Shown: positions 1 to 11,900 of the stretch, piece by piece | Position numbering within the stretch: the first letter of the stretch is position 1 | How the letters are laid out: every line of letters starts with the position of its first letter | DNA from: Octopus vulgaris | Lineage: Eukaryota | Direction of reading: 5' to 3' | NCBI GenBank assembly: GCA_951406725.2 | Contig: OX597814.1 | Coordinates: 137,764,001-137,828,000 of the forward strand | DNA length: 64,000 nt | The notes under the pieces: generated by a model | What the model was told of the DNA's origin: nothing | The model's input: the letters and a program-made list of their open reading frames with translations, nothing else | Database searches by the model: none | Translations under genes and position numbers: made by a program

Positions 1-574
1 GTATGTAAAGAAACCAACACCAGTTGCCAAATAGCAATGATCAATAAGCACTAACATAGAGACAAACACACACACACACACTCAAGATGAGCTTCTTTCA
101 GTTTCTGTCTACAAACTCCAGCCTGACACTATAGTAGAAGACATTTGTCCAAGGTACCATGAACCCAAAATCATATGGCTGGGAAGCAAATTTCTTACTG
201 CACTTCCACACCTGTGTCTATGTTGAATGTAAAATGTACATTTTTAATAAAATTTCCTTTAAATTCAACAGCTACTCTAAATGTAATTGATTTTGTTTTA
301 AATATCTAAACTGATTGTTTCCTTGCAGTTGTCTCACATTGATAGAGTAGAGAACAAACTGAAAGTGATGACTTTCATGGGACAATACCCAGATATTGTC
401 AACAACCTGAAACCAGTAAGTAACTGCTTTAATATTAAATGTAAAATAACCTATACATTTGACACATTCTGACTTCATTTGCATCTTCTTTGTTATTTCT
501 ATATTTCAAATTTGAACTCCTAATTCCACTAAAAATTATGAGATTATTATATTACCCCCTGTACAAACTATCTG

Positions 575-862
575 CTAGGGCAGATGGCTGTCAACTACTA
601 GGCTGTAAATCAGATGTGGATCATTTGGTACCAGACCGCATAGAAAGAATAAACTTTAAAATTTTATTTCTATTTTAGTGACTATTGCATTCTGCAGTGT
701 GTTTTTGCATTATATATGTAATATATATGCATTATATATGTAATAATTAAATTATATATTATGCACTCTATTGTGTTTAGTTATGTTCATGATCCCTGTT
801 CTGTGGAAAAATTGTCTTGCCTAAATCAAGTCCGTGGAGCAAAAAATGATTGGGAACCACTG
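575..862. mobile_element. hAT-Charlie/MER1-like non-autonomous DNA transposon remnant
   Basis: 3' end TGTGGAAAAATTGTCTTG..GTCCGTGG..AAAAAATGATTGGGAACCACTG resembles MER1-type termini. The 5' end is degenerate. Confidence 0.5.
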
Positions 863-1151
863 TACTTGGGGACTCCTCAGTAGTCATTAAGTTTTCTGTT
901 AATCATAAACAGACCAGTAACATTACAAAAAAATATTAAGTAATAATCATGTAATGTACTAAATGAATTTTTCAGCTTATTTTCTTATTCAAACTGAGCA
1001 AATTCAGTTTCATTAAGCTATCAAGTATTAAGATGATACCCTATTCAAATATTTCATTATATGTGTACCATCTTTAGAATATGATAAATTTATGATATAG
1101 TGTATATAACAGTTACTTCTAACTCTAGTAAGAGCCTTAGATACTAAAGAA

Positions 1152-1380
1152 TTAACCCTTTAGCATTCAGATTACTCTGTCAAATGTAATACTTATTTAT
1201 TCACATTGTTTTGAATTAATCATGCATTATCTTGTAACTTCGAGATTTCAATGATGTGACTGATTATTTTTACAATGACATTATCAAGTAGGTTTTTGAG
1301 AGGCTGGGTCTTGCTGGTCTTGAATATAAAACAGATAGAATATTTAGACCTAATATGCCTGGTTAAGATGTTAGAGTTAA
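1152..1380. mobile_element. TTAA-flanked ~200-bp MITE (piggyBac-like termini); further copies at 12218-12430, 12460-12658, 39796-40022, 53769-53953
   Basis: TTAA-CCCTTTAGCATT ... AATGCTAAAGGG-TTAA terminal inverted repeats with shared internal sequence in five copies. Confidence 0.75.
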
Positions 1381-1561
1381 ATATGGATTAATGAGCCAAA
1401 AACTAATGTAAACTTAGAATGTCCTAGGAGTAATGAATTTAAAAAAATATTCTGTTTGATTTGTATCAACTCTAAACTCCAGTTTCTTTTGTATATTGAA
1501 ACCCAGATGCAATATAGTGAAACATGACACAATATAATGAAAACTGCATGTTTTTTTTTAG

Positions 1562-1780
1562 CAAATTACCAAAATCACTGAATGCTCAAAATCTCTAGCA
1601 GATAATGCAGAACTGAAGAAAATTTTTGAGGTATTTAAAATTTTTTTTTTTTGCTTTTTTATGTGGATCAATTATAACACATGAAGTATAACATAATTAG
1701 GATTTATATTAGATGAGAAATCACTTAAACTGTAAATAAACCTAATACCTCAAATACTTGTATTTTCTGTTGGACAAAAT

Positions 1781-1851
<71 letters not shown>

Positions 1852-2247
1852 AGAGTTACAGAATAGAGTAGATAAGATCCAGGCTACATATGTTTCATAG
1901 TGAGCAGAACCTCAGAAGTGATAAATATCCAGGCGGGGTGTATACCTCAGGCTACTCTTCAGGCCAAAGATATCTTGATTAAGTGGATATTCTTTATTCT
2001 TTATTCGTACACCCGGCAACCCTGGTCACCTACTGTGAAATATATTTTCAGTTTATTGTACTTTGATATGTAAAAAATCCACAACTTTCTGCCTCAATAA
2101 ACCACTATTGTCCCTGAAAATTATTTTTTTATATTTACTACGAATTGCTTGAAGCAAACTTTCTTCCTACACCTTGATCCCTGGATCTTACATTTATATA
2201 TATGTATATGTGTATGATACTATGGAAAATGGACATTAAATGATGAC

Positions 2248-2279
<32 letters not shown>

Positions 2280-5200
2280 GAACTGATCTAAATGTTTGTT
2301 TACTTGCAACGCTGCACTATATTAAACTAAAAGTGAAGCAATTGTATGTCTCACTAAGTTATTGTGATATGAAGGAGGAAAAGACAGAAGCAGAGAGAGA
2401 ATTACAGTAATCTTACCTGTCTATCTGGAAGGGTCACTCACAACATCCACATGCTCTGTCTGCCGCCGTATCATCTATCTATGTGGAAGCAATTGCTCAC
2501 AACGTCCACATGCTCTGTCTGCTGTCATATCATCTAACAGGTCTGCTCTTGTATGCTGTCCACTGCCAACTGACCACTCTCACCTTGGTGACCCCGCATG
2601 CCTACCGTGGCCCTTCCAGTGGGACCCACAGGTCCCACTTCCAACAGGACATATGTACTCCCTCACTTCCAGTCCTTCCCTACACCACAGCCTGGCTCAT
2701 AACACCACAGTTATTACAAAAATTCTGGTTTCACACAAAAAATTTCTGTAATAACTTAGTGTGAATGATACACCATTTGTCCAATTTTGGTAAGGTTTTT
2801 TGGTCTTTCATGTATGCATGTTTGCATAAATATGTATGTTAGTTTATGCATTTATTCATAATGTATTTAGTATTTTAATAATAATAATAATAATAATAAT
2901 TGTGTACAGTGCTCAGGTGCACTACAACTCATCTAAAGTGTATATATAATCAGGTGTAGTTTCGGCGGATTTTGGAAAGCATGAGGGCCTTAAAGGATGC
3001 AGTGTCATGGCAGTCAACAACTGATGCAGGCAGTTTATTCCATGCTTCAGCAACTCTGAGCGTGAAAAAATGTTTCCGAAAGTCATGGGAGCTGTGTTGT
3101 TTTCTGACTTTGTAGGCATGTCCACGTGTGTTAGACACATGGAGATCAAAAAGGTGTTCAGTGTTGTTGTTGGTGAGGTGGTTGATAACTTTGTGGGCGT
3201 TTACCAAGTCCGTCGCCAGACGCCGGAGCTTCAGTGAATCTATGCCCAGGGAAACAAGGAGTTTAAATCTTTGTTTTCGAGTATTCAGTTTACCTAATGT
3301 TGTCCAAACAAGACCGCTGTCTTTTGAATTAACCAATCAGTTGATTTTTATATTTATCATTATGCATTAGTTTCTTAAAAAAGAGTTTATTTTATCACCA
3401 AAATAGATACCTTTCTGCTTGTTATGATTTAAAAAAAATAATCGTTTTACTTATATTCTCATAACTTATTAATTAAAAGTTTATAATATTGTTCTTTTAC
3501 ATAAATAGATTATTTTGGCATTTGGTAACTACATGAACAGTTCCAAGAGAGGTTGTATTAATGGTTTTAAACTGGAATCATTAACAAAAGTAAGTTGAAA
3601 GATGTTTTTCCAGTCCTTTTCTTTCCTCTGAAATTAGAGATACTTGTACCAGTCAAAGATTGGGTTATGATAGGTGTCATATAGCTTGTTTGAAAGTTAA
3701 GTTTATTTCATTTCTAGCTAACAGTTTACTTAGTGTGTGTGTGTGTCTGTATATTTTATCTGCAGTGCCTTTGATATTTTTAATAAACTTATTACTTTAT
3801 TTTGCAGTTGTGTCAGATAAAATCCAAGGACAACAATCAAACACTCCTGGAATATCTTGTTGATATCATTTGTTGCTATTATCCAGCATTAATATTCTGG
3901 TATGATGATATTGACTTGCACATAAAGAGATCAGGTGAGCTTTATATGTTCTGATTAGAAAGATAATAAATATTTTAGGGAATAAATATTAAGACTTGAG
4001 AGCTTTAATGAATTTTTGCATATGATTATTTTTATAAGAGTTTAATAAAATAGAAGTAGCACAGATACTGATTTCAAATTTTGGCACAAGGTTGGTAATT
4101 TTTAGTTGAGGGGTAAGTCGATTACATCAACCACAGTGTTCAACTGGTACTTATTTTATCGACCCTGAAAGAGTGACAGGCAAAGTGGGCCTCTGCAGAA
4201 TTTGAACACAGATATTATGAGACGAATCAGCTACTGTAAAATGATACCAGACATTATAAAAGTTATAAGAAATTTACTGAAGTTCAGTGTCCCAAACACA
4301 CCCATGCAAAATTGCAAAATGATAGCCTTTGTACTGCATCTATTTTTATTTTATGTTGTAAACGTTATTCTGTTACGACATGCGTTCGAATGTTACGGTT
4401 TCGAAGGGAAATAACTTCGTCTTCATCTCGATTGTTATTGCTATTAGTTGAAATCAAGACAGGCAGATGATAGTACAAGAGTAATGAACAGGGAAGATGT
4501 AATATGTGTTAACTGGGTGGGAGCCGACTGTTATAGAAAAGAGAAAGTAAAACAATGAAGAAATACTGGAAATTCTAGATTTCTGGAAGCTGGATAAGAG
4601 GTCCAGTATTGTATATTATGTTCATAAAATGATTATAAAGTAAAAGTAAATACTATGGTCTAGGTTTGTTGTTATAATTATAAGACATTCTACCACGAGG
4701 CAATTGTTTTAGATCCAACACACATTCTCAGGTTAGATCACTTGGCAAATAAATGCACCCACCCCCCAAAAAAAATTTAATGTTTTTATATATTTTTTTC
4801 TTTTATATATTTCAGCTTCATATCAATCCATTGCTGTTGATATATTTACCTTGAGAAAAGGAATTGATCTGTTGAAGTTTGAGAGGGAGAAAAATACATC
4901 TATCAATGAATCACTTGAAATATCCTTTTTGGCAAAAACGTGTGTGTGTGGTGTATGTTTCAAATTTTAGTTCAATGTTTTCTTAGCATCAAATACATAA
5001 TGAGACCTCAGTGTAGCCAATCTGTTGTATTATCTATGTTTAAGAAACAAGTTCTGCTCATTACAGCCACTTCATATCATTTAGTTCAGTTTCATTCAGA
5101 GTTGTATGAAAAATATTTTACTTCATCCCAACATATTCCTATAGACAACATTCTCTAAGTTATTTCAGACAAACCAACTAGATATCTATGCACATCAATC

Positions 5201-8200
5201 AAAATAATAATCATTTTCTAGCAAAAGATCCTTACATAAATTTATGACAGAAGGTTTAAATTTAAATTTGAACTCTACAAACTGACATAATTTTGTATCT
5301 TGAAACTAGTTATTGTTTTAAGTGAACTGGTTTAAGAGAAATTAAAATTCACAAGACGAAAATATATAAGTAGTCACTATACGTTATAAAACCATGTAGT
5401 TGGTTAGGTACTTGTTACTGCAAAGAAACCATTAAATAATGCACTTGAAAATGTTAGCAAATGTACAGAAGTTTTTCTACTGTTGATTTTGCTTCAAATA
5501 TTTGGGAAGGCTTGTGTTCATCTTTATAATTTTGACATAAGACCAGCAATTTTAGAAGAAGGTAAATCAATTCCATCGGCCCCAGTATTTGACTGGTGTT
5601 GGTACTTTATTTTATTGACCCCCAGAAGAATGAAAGGTTAATTGAACCTTGGCAGGATTTGAGCACAGAATCTAAAGCGCGGGAAGAAATGCTTCAAAGC
5701 ATTTTATCTGTTTGGTACCACTTGTTATAATTATGAAGCCTTAACTGTTCATACACATTCTATAACACAGCAACAACAGAGATGCATGCTGTATGGGAAT
5801 CATTTAAATTGATGGAAGATAGTTACAAAGATATCTGTTCCAAATTTGGTGAGAACTACAAGACAATTGATCCGGGTCTGTTTTTTAGTTACTTCAGTGA
5901 TTTTGCCCAGCATTTCAAGGTATGTATCAGAGACTTCTTGATAATATTTTGATTCTAGTGTCACATTCTTTTTTCTTACTTCAGTGTAAACAATACTGAC
6001 TTTAGTTTTGACAATATTGACTAATTACAATTTAGTTGAGTAGTTTACAATCAAACTAAAGGTAACTCGTTACATGGAAACACTAAGGCTTCAGCTGTGT
6101 GTTCAGTAGTAGTAGTAGTAGTAGTAGTAGTTGCAGTAGCAGCAGCAGCAGCATATCTTTTACTTGTTTCAGTCACTTGACTGCAACCATGCCTTGAAAG
6201 GTTTTAGTTGAACAATTTCTAAAATTTTCATTGAAAGGTTTTAGAAAATAAAAATAAGAAATAAGTGGAAATTTTACCGGTGAGTGTGTTAAATAATAAG
6301 GCACTAAAAGAGAATGATTCTCCCCACACACAACAGAATATGAAAATAAATTTGTGAGAAAGTATCCTATCTGCATTAATATTGAAGAAATGTAAAAATA
6401 GCAAAAAGAAATCTCTCTTGAATACATATAATCAATTTATTAACTTTTTAGCTTGTTTTCTTTCATGTTGTCTAGATTATTTCTCTATTTTCATATAAAT
6501 CGATGTAAATAAATGTTCTCGTTATTTTTGGCCTCTGATAGAATTTATATTTTAAAAATGGTTTCCAATTTTCTTTTATATTATTAGAAAGCTCTGGAGA
6601 AGTCATTTGGCAGCAACCAATTAACAGCCGAATCTAAATCTCTCTCAACGGGTGCCATTTACCAGCAGACAGATTCTGATTCTACATCATCTGGTGGATT
6701 AAATGCTCAGAAATCTTCCCAAACTAGAAGATCTTACACCAAGTTTAAACAAGGAGCCTTTCCTGCAGGATCTCGATATGGAAGTAAGTTCTATCTTTCG
6801 GTCATTTCAACTTGTATTGATTCTTAATGACTGTGTGTGCAGTACCAGACCAGTTATCCAGCAAACTTAGGACCAAAAGTGTCTCAGATTTCTGGATTTT
6901 TTTTTCTTTTTGGCGATAGTCTCAATATATACTTAAAATATAAAAAATAGACTATTGAAAAGTAAATAGCTAAATTGTATTTAACAGATTCAAACTAATA
7001 TACTTCTAAACCAAGGTCTGTTTGATATTTATTAATACACTTGACATCTTTTAAATATACCATGCTGTATCAAGCAAAGAAAAGTAAAGAACATGATTTT
7101 ATTTAACAGGTACAGATACAAATTAATATACTTCTAAAACAGAGTATGTCTAGTCATTATCAATTCACTTAAAACAGTAAAGAATAAAACTATTTTTAAT
7201 ACATTGTATGCAAATTAGCCAACTTCAGAAATGGTCTGTTTACTAAATAGAGGGTATTGAATATTGCACAATATTGCACAGTATTCCTGGATTTCTGGAA
7301 ACCTGATAAGGAGCTGAGTACTGTATAAACACACATTAAGGTATTGATATTACTAAAATAATGTATCGATCAATACTAAGAATTTCAAATATAGCAGGGT
7401 TTATCACCTCTAAATATTGGTAAACTTCAGCATCATTTTTTTTTATTACTATTTTGTCCTGGTTTAGGGTGGTAGATAGTCATCAGTGATAGAGCATTGA
7501 GCAAAATGCATTTCAGTATTTACTTATAACTATTTATATTCTGAGTTCAGATCCCATAGGGGTAATGGTTGCTTTTCATCCTTCTTTGATAAGATAAGAT
7601 AAGTTGGTAAGATAAGAATCAGTCAAGTAGGTTAAGCATTAGTATGCGCATAATATACTATATTGATCCTCCAAATTTGAGGCCTTGTGTTTACATTAGA
7701 AACTAATAGTCTATTTAGCTAAAATACAATTTCTGGAGTATGTATTGCAATGATGTTCACTTTTGTTGAGCAAATATTCTGGGATTATTATTGTTATTAT
7801 TACTATTCTTCTTCTTCTTCTTATTATTATTATTAAAGTAGCGAGGTGACAGAATCATTAGCATGCAAGACAAAATGCTTAGCAGCATTTCATTCATATT
7901 TACATTCTGAGTTCAAATTCCGACAAGGTTGACTTTGCCTTTCATCCTTTTGGGGTTGATAAAATAAGTAGCAGCTGAAAACTGGGGTCAAAGTAATCAA
8001 CTTACTCCTTCCCCCAAATTGCTAGCCTTGTGCCTATTATAGAAATAATAATAATCCTTTCTACTAAAGGTACAAGGCCTGAAACTTTTGGGGAGGGGAC
8101 TAGTCGATTACATCGACCCCAGTGTTTCATTGGTACTTAATTTATTGATCCTGAAAGGATGAAAGGCAAAGTCAACCTCAGTGGAATTTGAACTCAGAAC

Positions 8201-8980
8201 GTAGAGACAGACGAAATGCTGCTAAGCAGTTTTCACAGCGTGCTAATGATTCCGCCAGCTTGCCGCCTTAATAATAATAATAATAATGATAATAATAATA
8301 ATAATAATAATAATTATTATTATTATTATTTATATGAAAACCAAAATAATCTTCACAGCTATACATTTTTCTCATCTTATTGTCAGTTTGATTACTATTC
8401 TGATGCCCTTTCATGCCCATTTACCCAAAATTGCTTTTTGTATTAAAATATTTAAATGGAAATAAAATCTTGACAGAAATTTCATTGTTACATGAATGAT
8501 TAGAAACATTTTCCGTTTTCTCAAGTTATGCTCTCAGTAGAGATTCTTCCTAGTTTATTAAATTTTATTTAATTTTGTAAATTATGACCGTTTTTTGTTA
8601 TAGGTAAAAGATATATCAACTCTAATGACAGAAGAAAAGACGAGAAGAGGAGAAGCTTAAGACGAGAGATTCCCGTTTTAACAAACAGCAGTAATACAAA
8701 GCAATACCATTCAGTTCGCTCAACAAGAGAATTGCAGAACTTAATGGCTAAAGGCCTTCGAAGTTATAAGTCTCTGTCTTGTCTTGCAGATGTAAACCTT
8801 TCAAAAACAGTAAACATCAAAGAACAATATGCTAACAGATTTAATAATGACTTGTCTTCTCAACACATCTTGCCAGTCCAATATGATTACAAAGGCATAG
8901 GTAACAAAATAACATATATACATTTCACAGACAAGCAGATGCAAAAAGACTCAGATAGTGATGAAGTGACTTGTCTATAG
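1562..8980 (+). CDS. Formin, FMNL-like FH2 domain plus C-terminal tail (5'-partial; upstream exons lie outside the window)
   Basis: Exons 1562-1630 (QITKITECSKSLADNAELKKIFE), 3509-3589 (IILAFGNYMNSSKRGCINGFKLESLTK), 3808-3934 (LCQIKSKDNNQTLLEYLV..), 4816-4919, 5755-5919 (..FGENYKTIDPGLFFSYFSDF..), 6588-6783 and 8604-8980 join in frame (1119 nt, 372 aa + stop). All introns are GT-AG except one AT-AC. GNYMNSSKRG, KSxDxxxTLLxYL and FGExxKxxxPxxFF are FH2 motifs closest to the FMNL type. Confidence 0.9.
2878..3260 (-). mobile_element. 5'-truncated CR1-clade LINE (ORF2 C-terminus, 3' UTR, (ATT)n tail)
   Basis: SLKLRRLATDL..TRGHAYKV..RKHFFTLRVAEAWNKLP is the typical CR1/L2 ORF2 terminus, followed by a simple-repeat tail at 2878-2900. 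Confidence 0.85.
4920..5754 (+). other. U12-type (minor spliceosome) AT-AC intron in the formin gene
   Basis: 5' splice site ATATCCTTT at 4920, branch site CCTTAAC at 5739-5745, terminal AC at 5753-5754. The junction ..SLE|TFYN.. restores the FH2 reading frame in phase 0. Confidence 0.92.
6840..7323. mobile_element. Possible Tc1/mariner-Tigger-type non-autonomous element
   Basis: CAGTAC..TTATCCAG at the start and CTGATAA..GTACTG-TA at the end form degenerate TIRs. Confidence 0.3.
7836..8270. mobile_element. Two tail-to-tail copies of an abundant tRNA-derived SINE with a Meta-like central domain; other copies ~4075-4215, 5535-5710, 21070-21285, 26252-26683, 32145-32270, 43580-43755, 44100-44330, 44720-45300, 49010-49610
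   Basis: Recurrent GGCGAGCTGGCAGAA..GAGTTCAAATTCC (Pol III A/B-box-like head) followed by GCCTTTCATCCTTTCGGGGTCGATAAA.TAAGTACCAG. Confidence 0.85.
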
Positions 8981-11900
8981 TTTACTTTCTTTTCTGACAT
9001 CAATAAACTCTACAGTAGTCTCCACATTTTCTTTCACTGTAAAGTATATGTGCTGCTATAACACCAATACAAATGTTTACATGCACATAATGCTTAAAAA
9101 AGAAGAAAAAAAATTGTATATATTTGTAAAATTCTGTATATTTTTGCGTCAAGTTGTACATGTATAGTTTTCATATATCTTTATGTATGTGTTTGTGTGT
9201 GTATTTAATGTATGTGTTTGTGTGTGTGTGTGTATCATCATTTTCCATCTACAGGTTTTTTCCACTTGGATCATTTCACACTTTTACCCAACAGTCATCC
9301 TTTATAAGCTTCACATGTTTGTATTTGTGTAGTCTTCTCTATTACACACTACAGCTAATTCCCAGTTTTTCTCAAAGTGCACTTTTGCTCTGTTATTCAT
9401 ATGCTGTTAGTGTATGTCTAACAAAATATGCTCATCTAATGTGGTATACTATACATAGATAAGACTCATGCATTTCCTTTAAAAAGGTCAATGAAAGCAA
9501 GAGTTGAAAGATGCTTGTGTTTTATTGACATTCTTTGAGAAAAGGCAAAGGAAATGTTGCTCTCTATTCCTTGTGAATATAGTTAGTATAAATGTATAAT
9601 TACTAACCAGTTTGTAATTAATTCCTCTTATAGTGTAAATTTTATAGACATTCAGTAATATATCAAGCTACATATTTTTGCTTGGTTATGTTTATAAAAA
9701 AATATAGATACCTTCATCGCAAACCAATTTTTACAGCCTACATTTTCGTTTTTTATATCTAACAACCTGACCATGAGTAACTAAATCTTGACATTTTTGA
9801 AGCATTAAATTGAGCTATTGACTATCTTTTATCTTTTACTTGTTTCAGTCGTTGGACTGTGGCCATGCCTTGAAGGGATTTTATTCAAACAAATTGACCT
9901 CAGTTCTAAATTATTTATATCTGATATTTATTCTATTGGTCTTTTTTGCCAAACCACTAAGTTACAAGGATGTAAACAAACCAACACTAGTTGGCGAGCT
10001 GTGGTGGGGAACATAAGCACAAACACATATTTATATATCTTTCAGTTTCCATCTACGATATCTACTCTTGATATCTTGCTTAAAGTGCCACACAGTGACA
10101 CTGAACCCAGAACCATGTAGTTGGGAAGCAAATTCCTTACCACAAAGCTACACCTGTTAAATTAAAGAATAAAACTTCCAATTTGTGGAAATTAATAATT
10201 ATTGGAATTAGGTGAAATAATGGTGATGTGATGTATCAAAAATGTTAGATCTCAGTATTTAGTTTCAACCCATCAAGCTCTGAATTCAAATTCCACTGAG
10301 GCTGACTTTTCGTTTTTTATCCCTATGGGATTACGAAATCATGTACAATGCCAATATACTGATGGCTAATTCATTCATGTTATTACATGTCATATGAAAA
10401 TAAAACTGTTATAGCATCATCAGTTATTAACTTAAGTGTATTGACCTTTTGAATCCACAAATACATTTGATTATACTTCAGAAAATGCAGAAGTAATGGG
10501 CCAGATGGATTTGTGTTTATAGCTGAAAATAATATTTCTGCTAATTAGTAAACTGTAAACACAAAACCATGTGGCCATGTAATTTTGTGTCTTTCTGGGG
10601 GTACAGTCTAAATATGCTGAAGCATATTTATAGGTTCAAAGGGTTAAAAGGTACCAAAAACATTTATAGCCTTGTTCTCTTATAAAACAAACAAGTAAAA
10701 ATTTAAATGGTCAGGAATTCCAGTCAACAATTAGTAGCTTCATTGATTATTCTTTTTACTTAAATTTCATTATTTTAATTAATGGGCTGTCTGATATAGA
10801 GGTTTCGATATTTTGCATGTAGGTTGCAAAGCAATGTTGGTACTTGCTTTTTTGGGGAAATAATATCCTTTGTATTCAATTGAAATTATTTCAACTATAA
10901 ATGTTTGAAATGAAAAAGTTGGAGACAGAGATTTTAAATTTTATATAAATAACATAAAAACTTTTGTCGTTATTATATACTTCATATTTATATTATTTCC
11001 CAAGTATACCATTAAAATTTGCATATGATAGGAGAAATATAATCAAAAAGGTCATAGGAGCTAAGAAATGTAAACTTTTATAAATAATATTCATAGCTGA
11101 ATTATGACCTTTAATGGGTTAAATTCTAAAGGCTATTTTATCCTCATTCTGAATAGGTTACACTTTAACTTAAAGATCAGTGTTGACATCACTATCATAA
11201 GAACATAAGTTCAAGTCCTAGATCAGGTAGCACATATCTTTACTTCAAATTGCTCATCTACTCAGGTAAAACTGAGTACCAACCTAGACCTAGTGCAACC
11301 CTTTCTGTCTTTCTGGAGAGTCAAGGGGTGAGAGGGTCAAAAGGGAGCCTGTGTCTACTTGCAACTTCATAGGAATGTAAAACAATCAGCAAAAGCAAGG
11401 TACATGTAAGCTGGTCATATTTGCTTGTGTGAAGGCTATGGGAATAAAGGTTACATATTTTCAAACACCTAATCCCTAAATTCTCTTTTGAAAAGCGAGA
11501 GAAAATACAAATTTCTAAGTGATGCTTTGAAGTAGGTTAAAAGTTTATCTTTCTAAATTAATATCAACCCTCATATTCCAACAGGTTTTCCCCATCTTTC
11601 ATTGATTAGCTAGAGTGATTAATTTTTCTGTGAAATTTATCCATTTGGAATATCGTATTAGATATTTCAATCCATTTCTTTTCAGATTATTTATCTCTGC
11701 AATAACTCTTACTTTGAAAAAAATCACCTTCATTTCTTTAACTCATATTTTTCTATATTGGCACATAGGTGTGCAATACAGCATCTCTATGTATTTTGAT
11801 CCTAATATCTCATCAGTGAAACCCAGCATTCTCAGGTTTAACTACTCCCTGTGTCTTCCTTAATCTACCTCTAGCACAGGTACTTCCCACTAACTACTTA

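Noticed and set aside
4371-4720. Possible solo LTR (TGTTAC..AACA); similar AATAAA-containing segment at 1860-2200
   Set aside because: No clean 4-6-bp TSD, PBS or PPT, or second copy in the window.
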